From assembly GCA_050945915.1 (NCBI GenBank), contig JBMNTV010000004.1, positions 1 through 60,178 of the forward strand: DNA of 60,178 bases, in the 5' to 3' direction. Source of the stretch: Christensenellales bacterium (GTDB lineage Bacteria > Bacillota > Clostridia > Christensenellales > CALWSW01). The translations under genes and the position numbers were made by a program. The notes beneath the pieces are model-generated. The model was not told the origin of the DNA. It did not search any database and worked only from the letters and a program-made list of their open reading frames with translations. Of the stretch, positions 39,260-49,172 are shown piece by piece; within the stretch, counting starts at the first letter, position 1, and every line of letters begins with the position of its first letter.

Positions 39260-39815
39260 TCAAAAGCATTCCTTTACCATCCGGGACTTTGTTTTATGCG
39301 CGCTCTTTTGTGCGCTGATCGCGGTGGGGGCGTTTTTGCGCATACCCTTGCCTTTGGTTCCCTTTACGCTTCAGCTCCCCTTCGTATGCCTTGCGGGCCT
39401 TCTGCTCGGCCCGCGCCGGGGTGCGCTTTCGGCATTTTTGTATGTTTTTATCGGCCTTGCCGGGCTGCCGGTGTTCACCCAGGGCGGCGGGCTGGGCTAT
39501 GTGCTGCAGCCGACGTTTGGGTATCTGCTGGGATTCGTCGGGGCGGCCGCCCTCACCGGAGCAGTGGCAAAAAGGGGCATCCCATCCAACACCCGGCTGT
39601 TTCTTGCCTCCCTCGCCGGAATTCTGGTCACCTATGCCGTCGGCATCGCCTATTACGTGCTGCTGGCAGCGACGGTGCTGCACATTCCCCTCGACCCCAA
39701 AAAGATCGCGGTGGTATTTTTCCTGAACACCATCGGCGGAGATCTGCTCAGCGCGGCACTCATCGTTCCCGCTGTAAAACGGCTGAAAAAGGCGATCCCC
39801 CAGTTGTCGGCATGA
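39243..39815 (+). CDS. bioY: biotin transporter BioY
   Basis: VPFTLQ, GLPVF..GGG....PTFGYLLGF. Confidence 0.93.
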   Translation: MKTTADQKHSFTIRDFVLCALFCALIAVGAFLRIPLPLVPFTLQLPFVCLAGLLLGPRRGALSAFLYVFIGLAGLPVFTQGGGLGYVLQPTFGYLLGFVGAAALTGAVAKRGIPSNTRLFLASLAGILVTYAVGIAYYVLLAATVLHIPLDPKKIAVVFFLNTIGGDLLSAALIVPAVKRLKKAIPQLSA

Positions 39816-39858
39816 GCATAACAGCGAATTCGCACCTGTTTTTGCCCTCGATCAACCT

Positions 39859-39886
39859 GCCCTGGCGGAAAATGCCGGGGCTTTTT
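39859..39886 (+). terminator. terminator after bioY
   Basis: GCCCTGGC/GCCGGGGC stem plus T5. Confidence 0.6.
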
Positions 39887-39969
39887 GATTTTTGAGTGAA
39901 TGTTTCCAAGCCATAAGCGCCATCATCCCAAGGCATGCAGCGCCATACGCTATATGGGAGGGTGATGCC

Positions 39970-40653
39970 ATGCTTGATATTCTGCTCTTTCTCAAGGATG
40001 TTTTCTTTTTTGCCGCCTACGTTTCCTCCGGCAGCTCCTTTCCGGATCCCCTTTCTCCGGAGGAGGAGCGCGAAGCCATCGAAGCCATGCAAAAGGGCGA
40101 CGAAGCCGCCCGGGCAAAGCTCATCAGCCACAACCTGCGCCTTGTGGCCCACGTTGCAAAAAAGTTCGCCACGCCGGATACCGACATGGACGACCTGATT
40201 TCCATCGGCACCATCGGGCTTATTAAGGCCGTTTCCACCTTTGACGCCGACAAAGGAGCCGCCCTGGCGACTTACGCGGCGCGCTGTATCCAAAACGAGG
40301 TGCTGATGTCCCTTCGCGCGGGGAAAAAGCGCAAAAAGGAGGTTTCGCTGAACGCCACCATCGGCACGGACAACGAGGGCAACGAAATCACCCTGGTGGA
40401 TATCATGGGCACCACTTCCTCCATGGTTCCGGACGCGGTGGAAAAAAGGACCGACGTTTCCCGCATGCTGAAAGCCATCGACGCCTGCCTGACCCCCCGG
40501 GAGAAAGTGGTGATCACCCTCCGCTACGGACTTTTGGACCGGCCCTGCCTTCCCCAAAGGGAGGTTGCCGAACTCCTGGGCATTTCCCGCTCCTATGTCT
40601 CGCGGATCGAAAAACGAGCGCTGAACCGCCTGCTGGAGGCGATGAAGGCCTAG
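39970..40653 (+). CDS. sigK: sporulation sigma factor pro-SigK
   Basis: Hydrophobic pro-peptide then YV..SFP.PLS, HNLRLVAH, DLISIGTIGLIK, ATYAARC..NE.LM, ISRSYVSRIEK. Confidence 0.92.
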   Translation: MLDILLFLKDVFFFAAYVSSGSSFPDPLSPEEEREAIEAMQKGDEAARAKLISHNLRLVAHVAKKFATPDTDMDDLISIGTIGLIKAVSTFDADKGAALATYAARCIQNEVLMSLRAGKKRKKEVSLNATIGTDNEGNEITLVDIMGTTSSMVPDAVEKRTDVSRMLKAIDACLTPREKVVITLRYGLLDRPCLPQREVAELLGISRSYVSRIEKRALNRLLEAMKA

Positions 40654-40678
40654 TCGCTTTTTCAGTCAGATCCCTTCT

Positions 40679-42178
40679 TCAGCCCTGCTGCGTCTGTTCC
40701 AAGAAGGCGAATGGCAGGGCTTTGATCATATCCCCGGCGGTCAAGGAGTACTCGCCAAGCCTGCCAGCGCAGAGGTCCCCCGCCCTTCCATGTAGCCAGA
40801 CCGCATAGGGAACCGCCTGCTTTTTGGGCAACACGCACAAAAGCGCGGCGATGACGCCGGCAAGCACGTCGCCCGTTCCGCCCGTCGCCATGCCGGGATT
40901 GCCGGTGGTGTTGACAAAAACTTCGCCCTCCGGAAAGGCGGTGATCGTCCTGTGCCCCTTGAGTACGACGACGCAACCCGACTCCTCAGCTGCCCTTTTT
41001 GCATCGTTCAGCCTGTCCGAAACAGGCCAAAACAGCCGGGCAAACTCCCCTTCGTGGGGGGTCAGCACAGCGGGCTGTTTTAACGCAACCAGCGTTTCTT
41101 TGTCCAGGGCAAAAAGCGCGTCCGCGTCCAGCACCAGCCTGGCATTCGTTTGCCTTAAAAAGGCGCGAACAATCCTGGTGAGCCCTTCGCTGCGCCCAAG
41201 GCCTGGGCCAAGGACGGTTACGTCGCAGGAATCCGCCCTTTCGAGCATCCGGGGAAGGGCTTCTTCCCCCAAGCGGCCGGAACCGTCCCCCGGGAGGGGA
41301 AAGGGCATCGCCTCGTCATTTTTGGCTGCAGTGATGGCATAAATATCTTCTGGAACACCAAGGTAAACAAGCCCTGCTCCGGAACGCACCGCGGAACGCG
41401 CACAAAGGGTGGGCGCGCCGGTATACCCCGTGCAGCCGCCGCAGATGAAGACCTTTCCATAATCCCCCTTGTGGCTGATCCGCCGCCTTTTCGGCAGTTT
41501 TGCGCTATGAACGGCGTACACTCCGGTGGCGACCCCGTCCAGCAGCTCGTTGGGAACGCCGATGTCCGCAACGGTCAGTTCGCCGCAATGCACGTAGCCC
41601 GGCTCCACGAAGTGGCCGATCTTTGGCAGGGAAAAGGAGACGGTGGCGTCCGCGCGGACGGCCGGCCCCAAAACCGATCCCGTATCCGCATGGACGCCGC
41701 TGGGAATGTCCGCCGAAACAACCGGGGCCTTCGCGCGGTTCATGTGTTCCGCAGCCGCTGCCGCAGGGCCGGAAAGCCTGCCCCGAAATCCCGTTCCGAA
41801 TAGCGCATCCACAATGACGCCATAGGAATCGGCAGGGTATTCCCCGTTTTCGTCGAAGTCTTCCAGTATGCCCCCCAGACCCAGCAGCCGGCGCTCCATT
41901 TCCGCGCAGTCCCCGGACATCTTCTGCCGCTCTCCCACCAGAAGGACCCGCACGTCAAACCCCGCGCCCATCAGATCGATGGCCGCCCCCACGCCGTCTC
42001 CGCCGTTGTTCCCCGGGCCGCAGAAAATCAGGGCGCTTTTGCTGCTCCCCGCCAGCTCCGCCGCTCTTTTCGAAAGGGCTTTCGCGGCTTGTTCCATCAG
42101 CCGGATTGAGGGTATGCCCCATTCACGGATCGCCCGTTCGTCCGCTTCCTTCATGCTTTTTCCGTCCGCCAGTTTCAT
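40679..42178 (-). CDS. nnr: bifunctional NAD(P)H-hydrate epimerase/dehydratase
   Basis: GPGNNGGDG, DALFGTG, DIPSG; HKG.YG, DADAL, TPH.GEF, ATGGTGDVLAG; SD GAGGAGG. Confidence 0.93.
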   Translation of the reverse strand: MKLADGKSMKEADERAIREWGIPSIRLMEQAAKALSKRAAELAGSSKSALIFCGPGNNGGDGVGAAIDLMGAGFDVRVLLVGERQKMSGDCAEMERRLLGLGGILEDFDENGEYPADSYGVIVDALFGTGFRGRLSGPAAAAAEHMNRAKAPVVSADIPSGVHADTGSVLGPAVRADATVSFSLPKIGHFVEPGYVHCGELTVADIGVPNELLDGVATGVYAVHSAKLPKRRRISHKGDYGKVFICGGCTGYTGAPTLCARSAVRSGAGLVYLGVPEDIYAITAAKNDEAMPFPLPGDGSGRLGEEALPRMLERADSCDVTVLGPGLGRSEGLTRIVRAFLRQTNARLVLDADALFALDKETLVALKQPAVLTPHEGEFARLFWPVSDRLNDAKRAAEESGCVVVLKGHRTITAFPEGEVFVNTTGNPGMATGGTGDVLAGVIAALLCVLPKKQAVPYAVWLHGRAGDLCAGRLGEYSLTAGDMIKALPFAFLEQTQQG

Positions 42179-42318
42179 GCCTTTTGACCTCCTCATTCGC
42201 CTGCATCGGTCCCGACGATATGCCGTTCCTAATCTTAATTGTAACCTGTATGCGGAAAAATCCAGTTCCGCATCCCTGTTTGTCAAAAATATATCTCTTT
42301 CTTCACCTATCTGGATGA

Positions 42319-42348
42319 TTGACAAGTAACGTATCATTATGTTATTAT
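42319..42348 (+). promoter_or_regulatory. sigma-A promoter for the kinase operon
   Basis: TTGACA-18-TATTAT with TG extension. Confidence 0.65.
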
Positions 42349-42455
42349 GCGTTTTGCAAAGAAATCACGGTTTGCGAACATTTTATCACCATCCAATGCA
42401 TCATTCTAATTCCCCAAGCATCCAATCAAAACTCATGATTAAGGAGAGTACAGAA

Positions 42456-43973
42456 ATGAAGTATTTGATCGGGCTGGACGTGGGCACGTCCAATGTGAAG
42501 GCTGTGCTGTTTGACCTCGACGGCAACGAAATCCTCGTCAAGAACGAACCTACAGACGTGATCACCTTCAACGGCAACTGGCAGGAACAGGACATGATCC
42601 AGGTGTACGACCAGTGCGCCCGCTGCATCAAGGGAATCATGGATTCCGGCATCGCCAAACCCGAAGAAGTACTGGCCGTCGGATTGTCCGGCCAGGGCGA
42701 GGGCGTATGGATGATCGACAAGGACGGCAACCCCGTCAAGCGCGCATCCCTCTGGTCAGACGGCCGCGCCTCTGAGATCCTGGATTACCTCACCAAAGAG
42801 AACCAGGAGCTGTTCCAGTACATTTTCAGCATCAACGGCTCAAAATCCACCGTTTCCAACACGTTGCTGCAACTCGCCTGGTACAAAAAGCATACCCCCG
42901 AAATCTTCCAGCCCGGCAATACCGTACTCAACCGCAAGGACTGGGTGCGCTTCCGCCTGACCGGCAACCGCAACATGGAAATCACCGACGCTTCCGTCTC
43001 CACCCTGCACATCAAGGAAGGCCGGTACAACACCGAAGTCTTCGAGGCGCTGGGAATTTCCGATCTGTTGCAGTACATGCCTCCCCTCATCAAGAGCTAT
43101 GACAAGGCCGGCGAGATTACCGAGCAGGCCGCAAAGGAAACCGGCCTCGCCGTCGGCACCACCGTCGTGGGCGGCGCGCTGGACGTCACCATCACCATGG
43201 TGGGCGTGAACGCGGTCAACGTGGGGGACATTTATTCCATCCTGGGCACCACCTGCTGCACCGGCGTGGTCTGCGACCTGAACACCCTGGTTCCCGGTTC
43301 GGACATGAACGCCAGCCACGTCCGGCATCCCAAGGACGGCCTGTGCATCAACATCCTGGCCACTATGGCGGGCACCCCCAACCTCGACTGGGTGATCGAG
43401 AACATCTCCAACACCTCTGACTTTGTGGAGATCGAAAAGAACATCAAGGACATCCCCGCAGGCAGCGGTGGCATCATCTATCATCCCTACATCACCCCTG
43501 CGGGCGAGCGCTGCCCCTTCTACAACCCCGATGCGCGCGCCGGATTCTTCGGCCTTTCCACCCATTCCACCCGCTGGCACATGGTCAAAGCCGTGTATGA
43601 AGGCGTGGCATTCACCATCAAGGACTGCCTGTATGGCGTCAAGGAGATGGGCAATATCTATCTGGCGGGCGGCGGCAGCAAGTCCGAGATGTGGGCGCAG
43701 ATCATCGCAGACGTTACCGGTCGCACCACCGTACTCTCCGAGGGTACCGAGTTCGGCGCCAAGGGCGCGGCGATTCTCGCCGGCGTGTGCATGGGCGTTT
43801 ACAGCGACATCAACGACGCCGCGACGAAGCTCTGCAAGGTCAAGGCCAGCTTCGCCCCCAACCCGAAGAACGTGCCCATCTATGACGAGCTTTACCAAAT
43901 CTTCCGCGCCAGCCGCATCGCCAACATGGATCTGTGGCATCAGCGCGAAGCTATTGTGAAAAAATATTCCTGA
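42456..43973 (+). CDS. FGGY-family carbohydrate kinase
   Basis: IGLDVGTSNVKA, GQGEG, WSDGRA, GER.PF....AR, AGGGSKS..W.QI.AD. Confidence 0.92.
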   Translation: MKYLIGLDVGTSNVKAVLFDLDGNEILVKNEPTDVITFNGNWQEQDMIQVYDQCARCIKGIMDSGIAKPEEVLAVGLSGQGEGVWMIDKDGNPVKRASLWSDGRASEILDYLTKENQELFQYIFSINGSKSTVSNTLLQLAWYKKHTPEIFQPGNTVLNRKDWVRFRLTGNRNMEITDASVSTLHIKEGRYNTEVFEALGISDLLQYMPPLIKSYDKAGEITEQAAKETGLAVGTTVVGGALDVTITMVGVNAVNVGDIYSILGTTCCTGVVCDLNTLVPGSDMNASHVRHPKDGLCINILATMAGTPNLDWVIENISNTSDFVEIEKNIKDIPAGSGGIIYHPYITPAGERCPFYNPDARAGFFGLSTHSTRWHMVKAVYEGVAFTIKDCLYGVKEMGNIYLAGGGSKSEMWAQIIADVTGRTTVLSEGTEFGAKGAAILAGVCMGVYSDINDAATKLCKVKASFAPNPKNVPIYDELYQIFRASRIANMDLWHQREAIVKKYS

Positions 43974-43999
43974 TCAACCTCTAAGGAGCATACCGACAC

Positions 44000-45040
44000 A
44001 TGAAAATCCTCTTTACCGCGGAACACGACGAAACAATGATCGACCGGATCCGCGCCCTGGGCGAAGTGCGCATGGCGGGCGTGGCGCTGGGCGGCGGAAA
44101 GCTGTCCGATGAAGAAATGATCGAACTGGCCACGGGCGTGGACATCATCATCGTCTCTTACGATGACGTCACCGCCGAAGTCATGGACGCTGCCCCGAAC
44201 CTGAAGCTGGTCGCTTGCACCCGGGCCACCCCTGTGAATGTGGATGTATCCCACGCAAAAACCCGGGGCATCCCGGTGATCTACACCCCGGGCAGGAACT
44301 CCGACTCCGCAGCGGAAATGACGATCTGCCTGATGCTCTGCTGCGCCCGGAACGTCCACGCGGCGTATCGCGCGATGCATAATGGCGAGTTCTTGGGTCC
44401 CGCGGGCGGCAACGCACTGAAGGTCAAGGAAGGCCTGCGGGCGGACGTCGTCTGGGGCATGGGACCGGACAGCCCCTATGCCGTGTTCAAGGGCTGCGAC
44501 CTGAAGAACAAAACCCTCGGGATCATCGGTTACGGTTCCATCGGAAAACGGGTGGGCGATATCGCTGAAGCCTTTGGCATGCACGTGCTGCTTTACGATC
44601 CCTATGTGAACGAGGTGGACGTCAACCGCCCGGGCCGTCAAAAAGTCGATCTGGACACCCTTTTGAAAGAATCCGATTTCGTTTCCTGCCACCTGAAGGT
44701 TACGCCCGCCACCACGGGCTTGATGAACGCCGAGCGGTTCGCCATGATGAAGCCCACCGCGTATTTCATCAACACTTCAAGGGCAGCCGTGGTGGACGAG
44801 GCAGCGCTGATCGCCGCGCTTCGCGAAGGCCGCATCGCCGGCGCCGGGCTGGACGTGTTTGAAAAAGAGCCCCTGCCCAAGGATCACCCCTTTGTCAACG
44901 ATCTGGCCGACCGCGTGGCGATCACCCCCCACATCGGCGGCGCCACCAAGGACGCCATCACCAACCACACCATCATGCTGCTTTCGGACATCGAGCGCTA
45001 TTTCAAGGGCGAACCGATGCTGTATACCTACCGATATTAA
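44000..45040 (+). CDS. D-isomer-specific 2-hydroxyacid dehydrogenase family protein
   Basis: GIIGYGSIG, INTSRA, AGLDVF..EP, TPHIGG. Confidence 0.92.
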   Translation: MKILFTAEHDETMIDRIRALGEVRMAGVALGGGKLSDEEMIELATGVDIIIVSYDDVTAEVMDAAPNLKLVACTRATPVNVDVSHAKTRGIPVIYTPGRNSDSAAEMTICLMLCCARNVHAAYRAMHNGEFLGPAGGNALKVKEGLRADVVWGMGPDSPYAVFKGCDLKNKTLGIIGYGSIGKRVGDIAEAFGMHVLLYDPYVNEVDVNRPGRQKVDLDTLLKESDFVSCHLKVTPATTGLMNAERFAMMKPTAYFINTSRAAVVDEAALIAALREGRIAGAGLDVFEKEPLPKDHPFVNDLADRVAITPHIGGATKDAITNHTIMLLSDIERYFKGEPMLYTYRY

Positions 45041-45066
45041 GCGGCTGACAATTGGAGGAATCACAG

Positions 45067-45720
45067 ATGCTTATGCAAAAAGAACGCGAGCAGATCGTCC
45101 AGTTCGGCAAAATGCTGATTACCACCGGCCTCGTCAAGGGTACGGGCGGAAACATCAGCATCGCAGACCGAGCTTCGGGCCTGTTTGCCATCAGTCCTTC
45201 CGGCCTGGATTATTTTGAAACTGAGCCGGAGGACATCGTCGTGCTGGAAATCGCCACCGGCAAAAAGGTTGAAGGCGACAAGAAGCCCTCCAGCGAATTC
45301 GAGCTGCACAGGATTTTCTATCACAAGCGGGAGGACATCAACGCCGTCGTCCACACCCACTCCACCTACGCCACCACCCTGGCAACCATGGGTTGGGGAC
45401 TGCCCGCCTCCAATTACATGGTCGCCCTGGCTGGTCCGGACGTCCGCTGCGCGCCCTATGCCTCCTTTGGCACCAAGGAACTTGCGGAAAACGCCTTCGA
45501 ATACATGAAGGACCGGTATTGCGTGCTGCTGGCCAACCACGGCCTGGTGGCAGGGTCAGTGGATCTTCCCAACGCCTTTAACATTGCCAGCTTGATGGAG
45601 GAGTGCTGCCAGACCTATTACCTCGCCATGGTCGCCGGCCGCGCCAACATCCTTCCCCCGGAAGAAATGGAAAACATGATACAGCGGTTCAAGACCTATG
45701 GCCAGGTCAAACCCAAGTAA
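45067..45720 (+). CDS. class II aldolase (L-fuculose-phosphate aldolase-like)
   Basis: GTGGNIS, SPSG, KPSSE..LH, VHTHS, LLANHG. Confidence 0.88.
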   Translation: MLMQKEREQIVQFGKMLITTGLVKGTGGNISIADRASGLFAISPSGLDYFETEPEDIVVLEIATGKKVEGDKKPSSEFELHRIFYHKREDINAVVHTHSTYATTLATMGWGLPASNYMVALAGPDVRCAPYASFGTKELAENAFEYMKDRYCVLLANHGLVAGSVDLPNAFNIASLMEECCQTYYLAMVAGRANILPPEEMENMIQRFKTYGQVKPK

Positions 45721-45730
45721 CCGCAAAAAC

Positions 45731-45779
45731 AATAATAAAAACCCCCGGTTGCCAAGAAGCCGGGGGTTTATATTATTTT
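45731..45779. terminator. bidirectional terminator between the aldolase and fliY
   Basis: AAACCCCCGGTT/AGCCGGGGGTTT stem with A/T flanks. Confidence 0.8.
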
Positions 45780-45843
45780 ACTCTCGTTCCATTTCCCTCC
45801 CGGGTTGTGAGGGGCGCGAAATGGCAGGAACGCGGACCGAATC

Positions 45844-46881
45844 TTACATCTTTACGTTGGAAGGCGTCATCACTTCGGTGATGCGAACGCCGTAATTGTC
45901 GTCGATCACCACGACCTCGCCCCGGGCAAACATCTTGCCGTTGACCATCACGTCCACCATTTCGCCCGCAAGCCTGTCCAGCACGATGACCGATCCGAGG
46001 TTCATTTCGAGTATCTCCCGGATGCTCTTTTTCGCTCTTCCCAACACAACCGTGACGTTGAGGGGAACGTCGATGATCAGGTCCATATTCTGCTGTGACG
46101 TGCTGCCCATCTCTTTCTCCTCCTCGTCAAAAGATTGGAATCTTGCGGCACGGATTTTTACGGGCTGCTTGGCCTGTTCTTGGGGTTCGGCGTAAACCGA
46201 AGCGTAATGCGCCGCGCGGTCTTGCTGAACTTGCGACGAAGCAGGCTCATTTTTCGGCCTTGTGTCCACAGGCGGTTCCGGTTCGGGCTCATTGCCGATG
46301 AGCAGGGATTCCGCCAGCGTCTTTGCAAACCTCAGGGGCATGAACTGCATGATATTGCTGACGAGCAGGCCTTCGATTTCCATCCGGAAGCTGATGCGCA
46401 CCAGCGTCCCCGTGGGGAAGGCGGACTCCACGATCTCATCCTCGCTGGAATATTCCATGGTGGTGGGCGGGGAAATGTTGATCTGGACATTCAAGATGTT
46501 TGCCAGGGCTGTGGAGGAAGCGCCCACCATCTGGTTCATAACCTCGCTCACCGCGCTGAGGTACATTTCCTCCAAATCCTCCTCCGATTGCTCCCCGCCC
46601 ATCAACAGGTTCGTGATCAACAGGGCGTCCTCTTTTTTGAGGAGGAAGATGTTGTAGCCGTCCAGCCCCTGCGTATAGTACACGGCAGTCGCCACGACGG
46701 GTTTCTCGTATTCCCTGAGATACTCATTGCCCTTTGAGATCGTCACCCTGGGCGTGGTAATCACAACCCGTTTGCCCAGCAACGTGGAAAGGGTTGTCGC
46801 ACTGGTGCCCATGCAGATATTGCTGATTTCCCCAAGGGCGTCCTTTTCCTCTTCGGTTAAAATATCGGGCTTTGTATTCAT
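45844..46881 (-). CDS. fliY: flagellar switch phosphatase FliY
   Basis: Two CheC-like ExxN motifs (EISN, EVMN) plus FliN-like C-terminus (GEVVVIDDNYGVRITE). Confidence 0.92.
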   Translation of the reverse strand: MNTKPDILTEEEKDALGEISNICMGTSATTLSTLLGKRVVITTPRVTISKGNEYLREYEKPVVATAVYYTQGLDGYNIFLLKKEDALLITNLLMGGEQSEEDLEEMYLSAVSEVMNQMVGASSTALANILNVQINISPPTTMEYSSEDEIVESAFPTGTLVRISFRMEIEGLLVSNIMQFMPLRFAKTLAESLLIGNEPEPEPPVDTRPKNEPASSQVQQDRAAHYASVYAEPQEQAKQPVKIRAARFQSFDEEEKEMGSTSQQNMDLIIDVPLNVTVVLGRAKKSIREILEMNLGSVIVLDRLAGEMVDVMVNGKMFARGEVVVIDDNYGVRITEVMTPSNVKM

Positions 46882-46909
46882 TGGGGTACTCTCCATATCC
46901 AATCCGGTA

Positions 46910-47923
46910 TCATTCCAGGATGTCCCGGTATTCATTCTTGTCTTCCTCCTTCAGTATCTCCGTGATGCGCACCGCGTAGTTGGAATCCTGAATGCCCACA
47001 ACGCCCTTAAACTTGGGCAGATGCTCGACCTGCACGGTCACCGGCTTGTTGATGTTGTGTTCAAGCTGGATCACATCGCCGACTTTGGTGTTCAGCAGAT
47101 CCCTGATCTTGGCGGTGGTGGTGTTGAACACCGCCTGCAGGTTCAAAACGACACCGGAAATCTGCTCCTCAAAGCCGGTGCGATCCCTCGGGGTTTTTTC
47201 GGGGCTCGCGTCCGAATACCAGGTCTTCATGACCAGCTTTTTGGCGATGGGCTGAACGGTAACGTGGGGGATGCAAAGATTGATGATGTCGGAGACTTCC
47301 CCAATTTTAACGTTCAGCGTGATGATCGCGATGGGCTCGTTCGCGGATACGATCTGCACATACTGGGAGCTCGTTTCGATCCGTTCCAGGGTGGACCCCA
47401 CCTTTATGATCCTTTCCCAGGATTCGTCCATCAAAAGGAGCATTCTGCGTATGACGCGCTCCATGATGGACAGCTCGATCTCGGTAAAAGCCTTGTCCGG
47501 GTTCTCCGTCATCTCGCCGGACCCGCCCAGCAGGCGGGATATGATGCCATATGCGACGACCGGGGTGATCTCCAATAGAATGGATCCCTTCAGGGGAGAC
47601 ATGCCAACGACGGCGATCAGCACAGGCGTGGGCATCGAGTTGCTCAGTTCCGAAAAACTCTGCTCCTCGATAGAAAGAACCTCAACCTCGCAGATGGCGC
47701 GCATATTCCCCGAAAGGTAGGTGGATAACCGGTTCGCAAAAGTATCGTATATAAAATGCAGAGTGCGCATCTGATCCTTGGAGAACTTGTTCGCCACCCT
47801 GAAATCATAAGGGCGGATGGACCTGTGTTCGTCCTCCGCTTGTTCAGACAAAGGAGCGTCTTTCCCGGAAGCCAGCGCACTCAGTAGTTCGTCAATTTCG
47901 CTCTGGGTTAAAATATTTGCCAT
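46910..47923 (-). CDS. fliM: flagellar motor switch protein FliM
   Basis: LTQSEIDELL, YDFR..KFSKDQMRTL. Confidence 0.95.
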   Translation of the reverse strand: MANILTQSEIDELLSALASGKDAPLSEQAEDEHRSIRPYDFRVANKFSKDQMRTLHFIYDTFANRLSTYLSGNMRAICEVEVLSIEEQSFSELSNSMPTPVLIAVVGMSPLKGSILLEITPVVAYGIISRLLGGSGEMTENPDKAFTEIELSIMERVIRRMLLLMDESWERIIKVGSTLERIETSSQYVQIVSANEPIAIITLNVKIGEVSDIINLCIPHVTVQPIAKKLVMKTWYSDASPEKTPRDRTGFEEQISGVVLNLQAVFNTTTAKIRDLLNTKVGDVIQLEHNINKPVTVQVEHLPKFKGVVGIQDSNYAVRITEILKEEDKNEYRDILE

Positions 47924-47944
47924 TGCTTTCCTGCCTGTTAAGCA

Positions 47945-48361
47945 TTAATTGACCACATAGTCGTTGAAATAGACCGTTGAAATATAGTCGATCCCCATTT
48001 TTTCGCTGATGCTCTTGACGATTTCCTCACGAAGGGTTTCGTCGATGTTCTGCGCCCGCAGTTCCTGCTCAGTCTTGGAGCGCAGGGTAAAGACGATAAT
48101 ATCCCTCAGGATATGGTTGTTTTGCTTCAAGTAACTGGTGATCTCATCCATATCCCTTTCCGGAGCATACAGCTCCAGAACGATGGTGGTCTTGATCAGG
48201 GCCTTGCTGTCCTTGATATTTGTGACGAAATAGTCGCCGGGCTCATAATAGCTGTATATTTTTTCCGAAGAATTGCTCGTCATAAAATAATACGCTACGG
48301 CAGCCCCGATGGCAAGAATGACCACCAAATAGATCATAGTCTTTTTTTTCATTTCTGTCAC
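47945..48361 (-). CDS. fliL: flagellar basal body protein FliL
   Basis: N-terminal TM helix, FVTNI.D, RD.I, C-terminal VYF..YVV; located between motB and fliM. Confidence 0.85.
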   Translation of the reverse strand: MTEMKKKTMIYLVVILAIGAAVAYYFMTSNSSEKIYSYYEPGDYFVTNIKDSKALIKTTIVLELYAPERDMDEITSYLKQNNHILRDIIVFTLRSKTEQELRAQNIDETLREEIVKSISEKMGIDYISTVYFNDYVVN

Positions 48362-48368
48362 GCTTTAG

Positions 48369-49172
48369 TTATCCCTTCAGATTACTTTCTATCACAAAAT
48401 CAACGCGCCGGTTCTGCGCCCTGCCTTCCTCCGTGTCGTTGCTGGCGATGGGATTGAACTCCCCGTAATAGCTGGCCACCAACAGAGACGGATCAATATC
48501 CGTAACGCTCAGAATGTACCGCCGTACGCTGTCCGCCCGGTCCATGGAAAGCTCCCAGTTGTCCCGATAGCCCGCTCTGCCGATGGGCACGCTGTCGGCG
48601 TTGCCCTCGATCCGTATCCTTTGAATGAGGTCTGTGTGTTCGACGAGGATGGTGCATACGCCCTCTAGGGCTTGCTTCGCCTCGTTGTCCAGCGTCGCGC
48701 TTCCCGAAGCAAAGAAGGCGGAATCCATCATCCTGAGCAGGATGGTGAATTCGTCAATATATTCTACATTTAATATATGGTCCAGGTCGTTCCTAGCAAT
48801 ATGATCCTTGATCCGCTCATAGAGTTCGTCGAAATACGTGCCCTCCTCTTCGAAGGCACCGGACTCCTCTTCGAGACCCGAATCCAGGATGCCCTCCTCC
48901 TCTTCTTCCGGGTCGTAATCGGTAATGATAAACTTGCCGCTCAATCTTTCGGACAGCTTATCCGGCGCGTTCGGGTCCAGTGGGGGAATCGCCACAATGT
49001 CCATACCCTTAAGCCCCGAAACGATTTCCTCCGCCTTGCTCTGTTCGATGGAGGAAAACGCAAAAAGCAGCACAAAGAAGGTCAGCAGGTTGGTCATCAG
49101 GTCGCCGAATGTGGCCATCCACGCAGGAGCGCTTGGTTCCTGCGGCGGATCCGGCTTTTTCCTATCTCGCAT
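48369..49172 (-). CDS. motB: flagellar stator MotB
   Basis: WMATFGDLMT.LLTFFVLL, OmpA-like NWELS..RA and NRRV. Confidence 0.93.
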   Translation of the reverse strand: MRDRKKPDPPQEPSAPAWMATFGDLMTNLLTFFVLLFAFSSIEQSKAEEIVSGLKGMDIVAIPPLDPNAPDKLSERLSGKFIITDYDPEEEEEGILDSGLEEESGAFEEEGTYFDELYERIKDHIARNDLDHILNVEYIDEFTILLRMMDSAFFASGSATLDNEAKQALEGVCTILVEHTDLIQRIRIEGNADSVPIGRAGYRDNWELSMDRADSVRRYILSVTDIDPSLLVASYYGEFNPIASNDTEEGRAQNRRVDFVIESNLKG

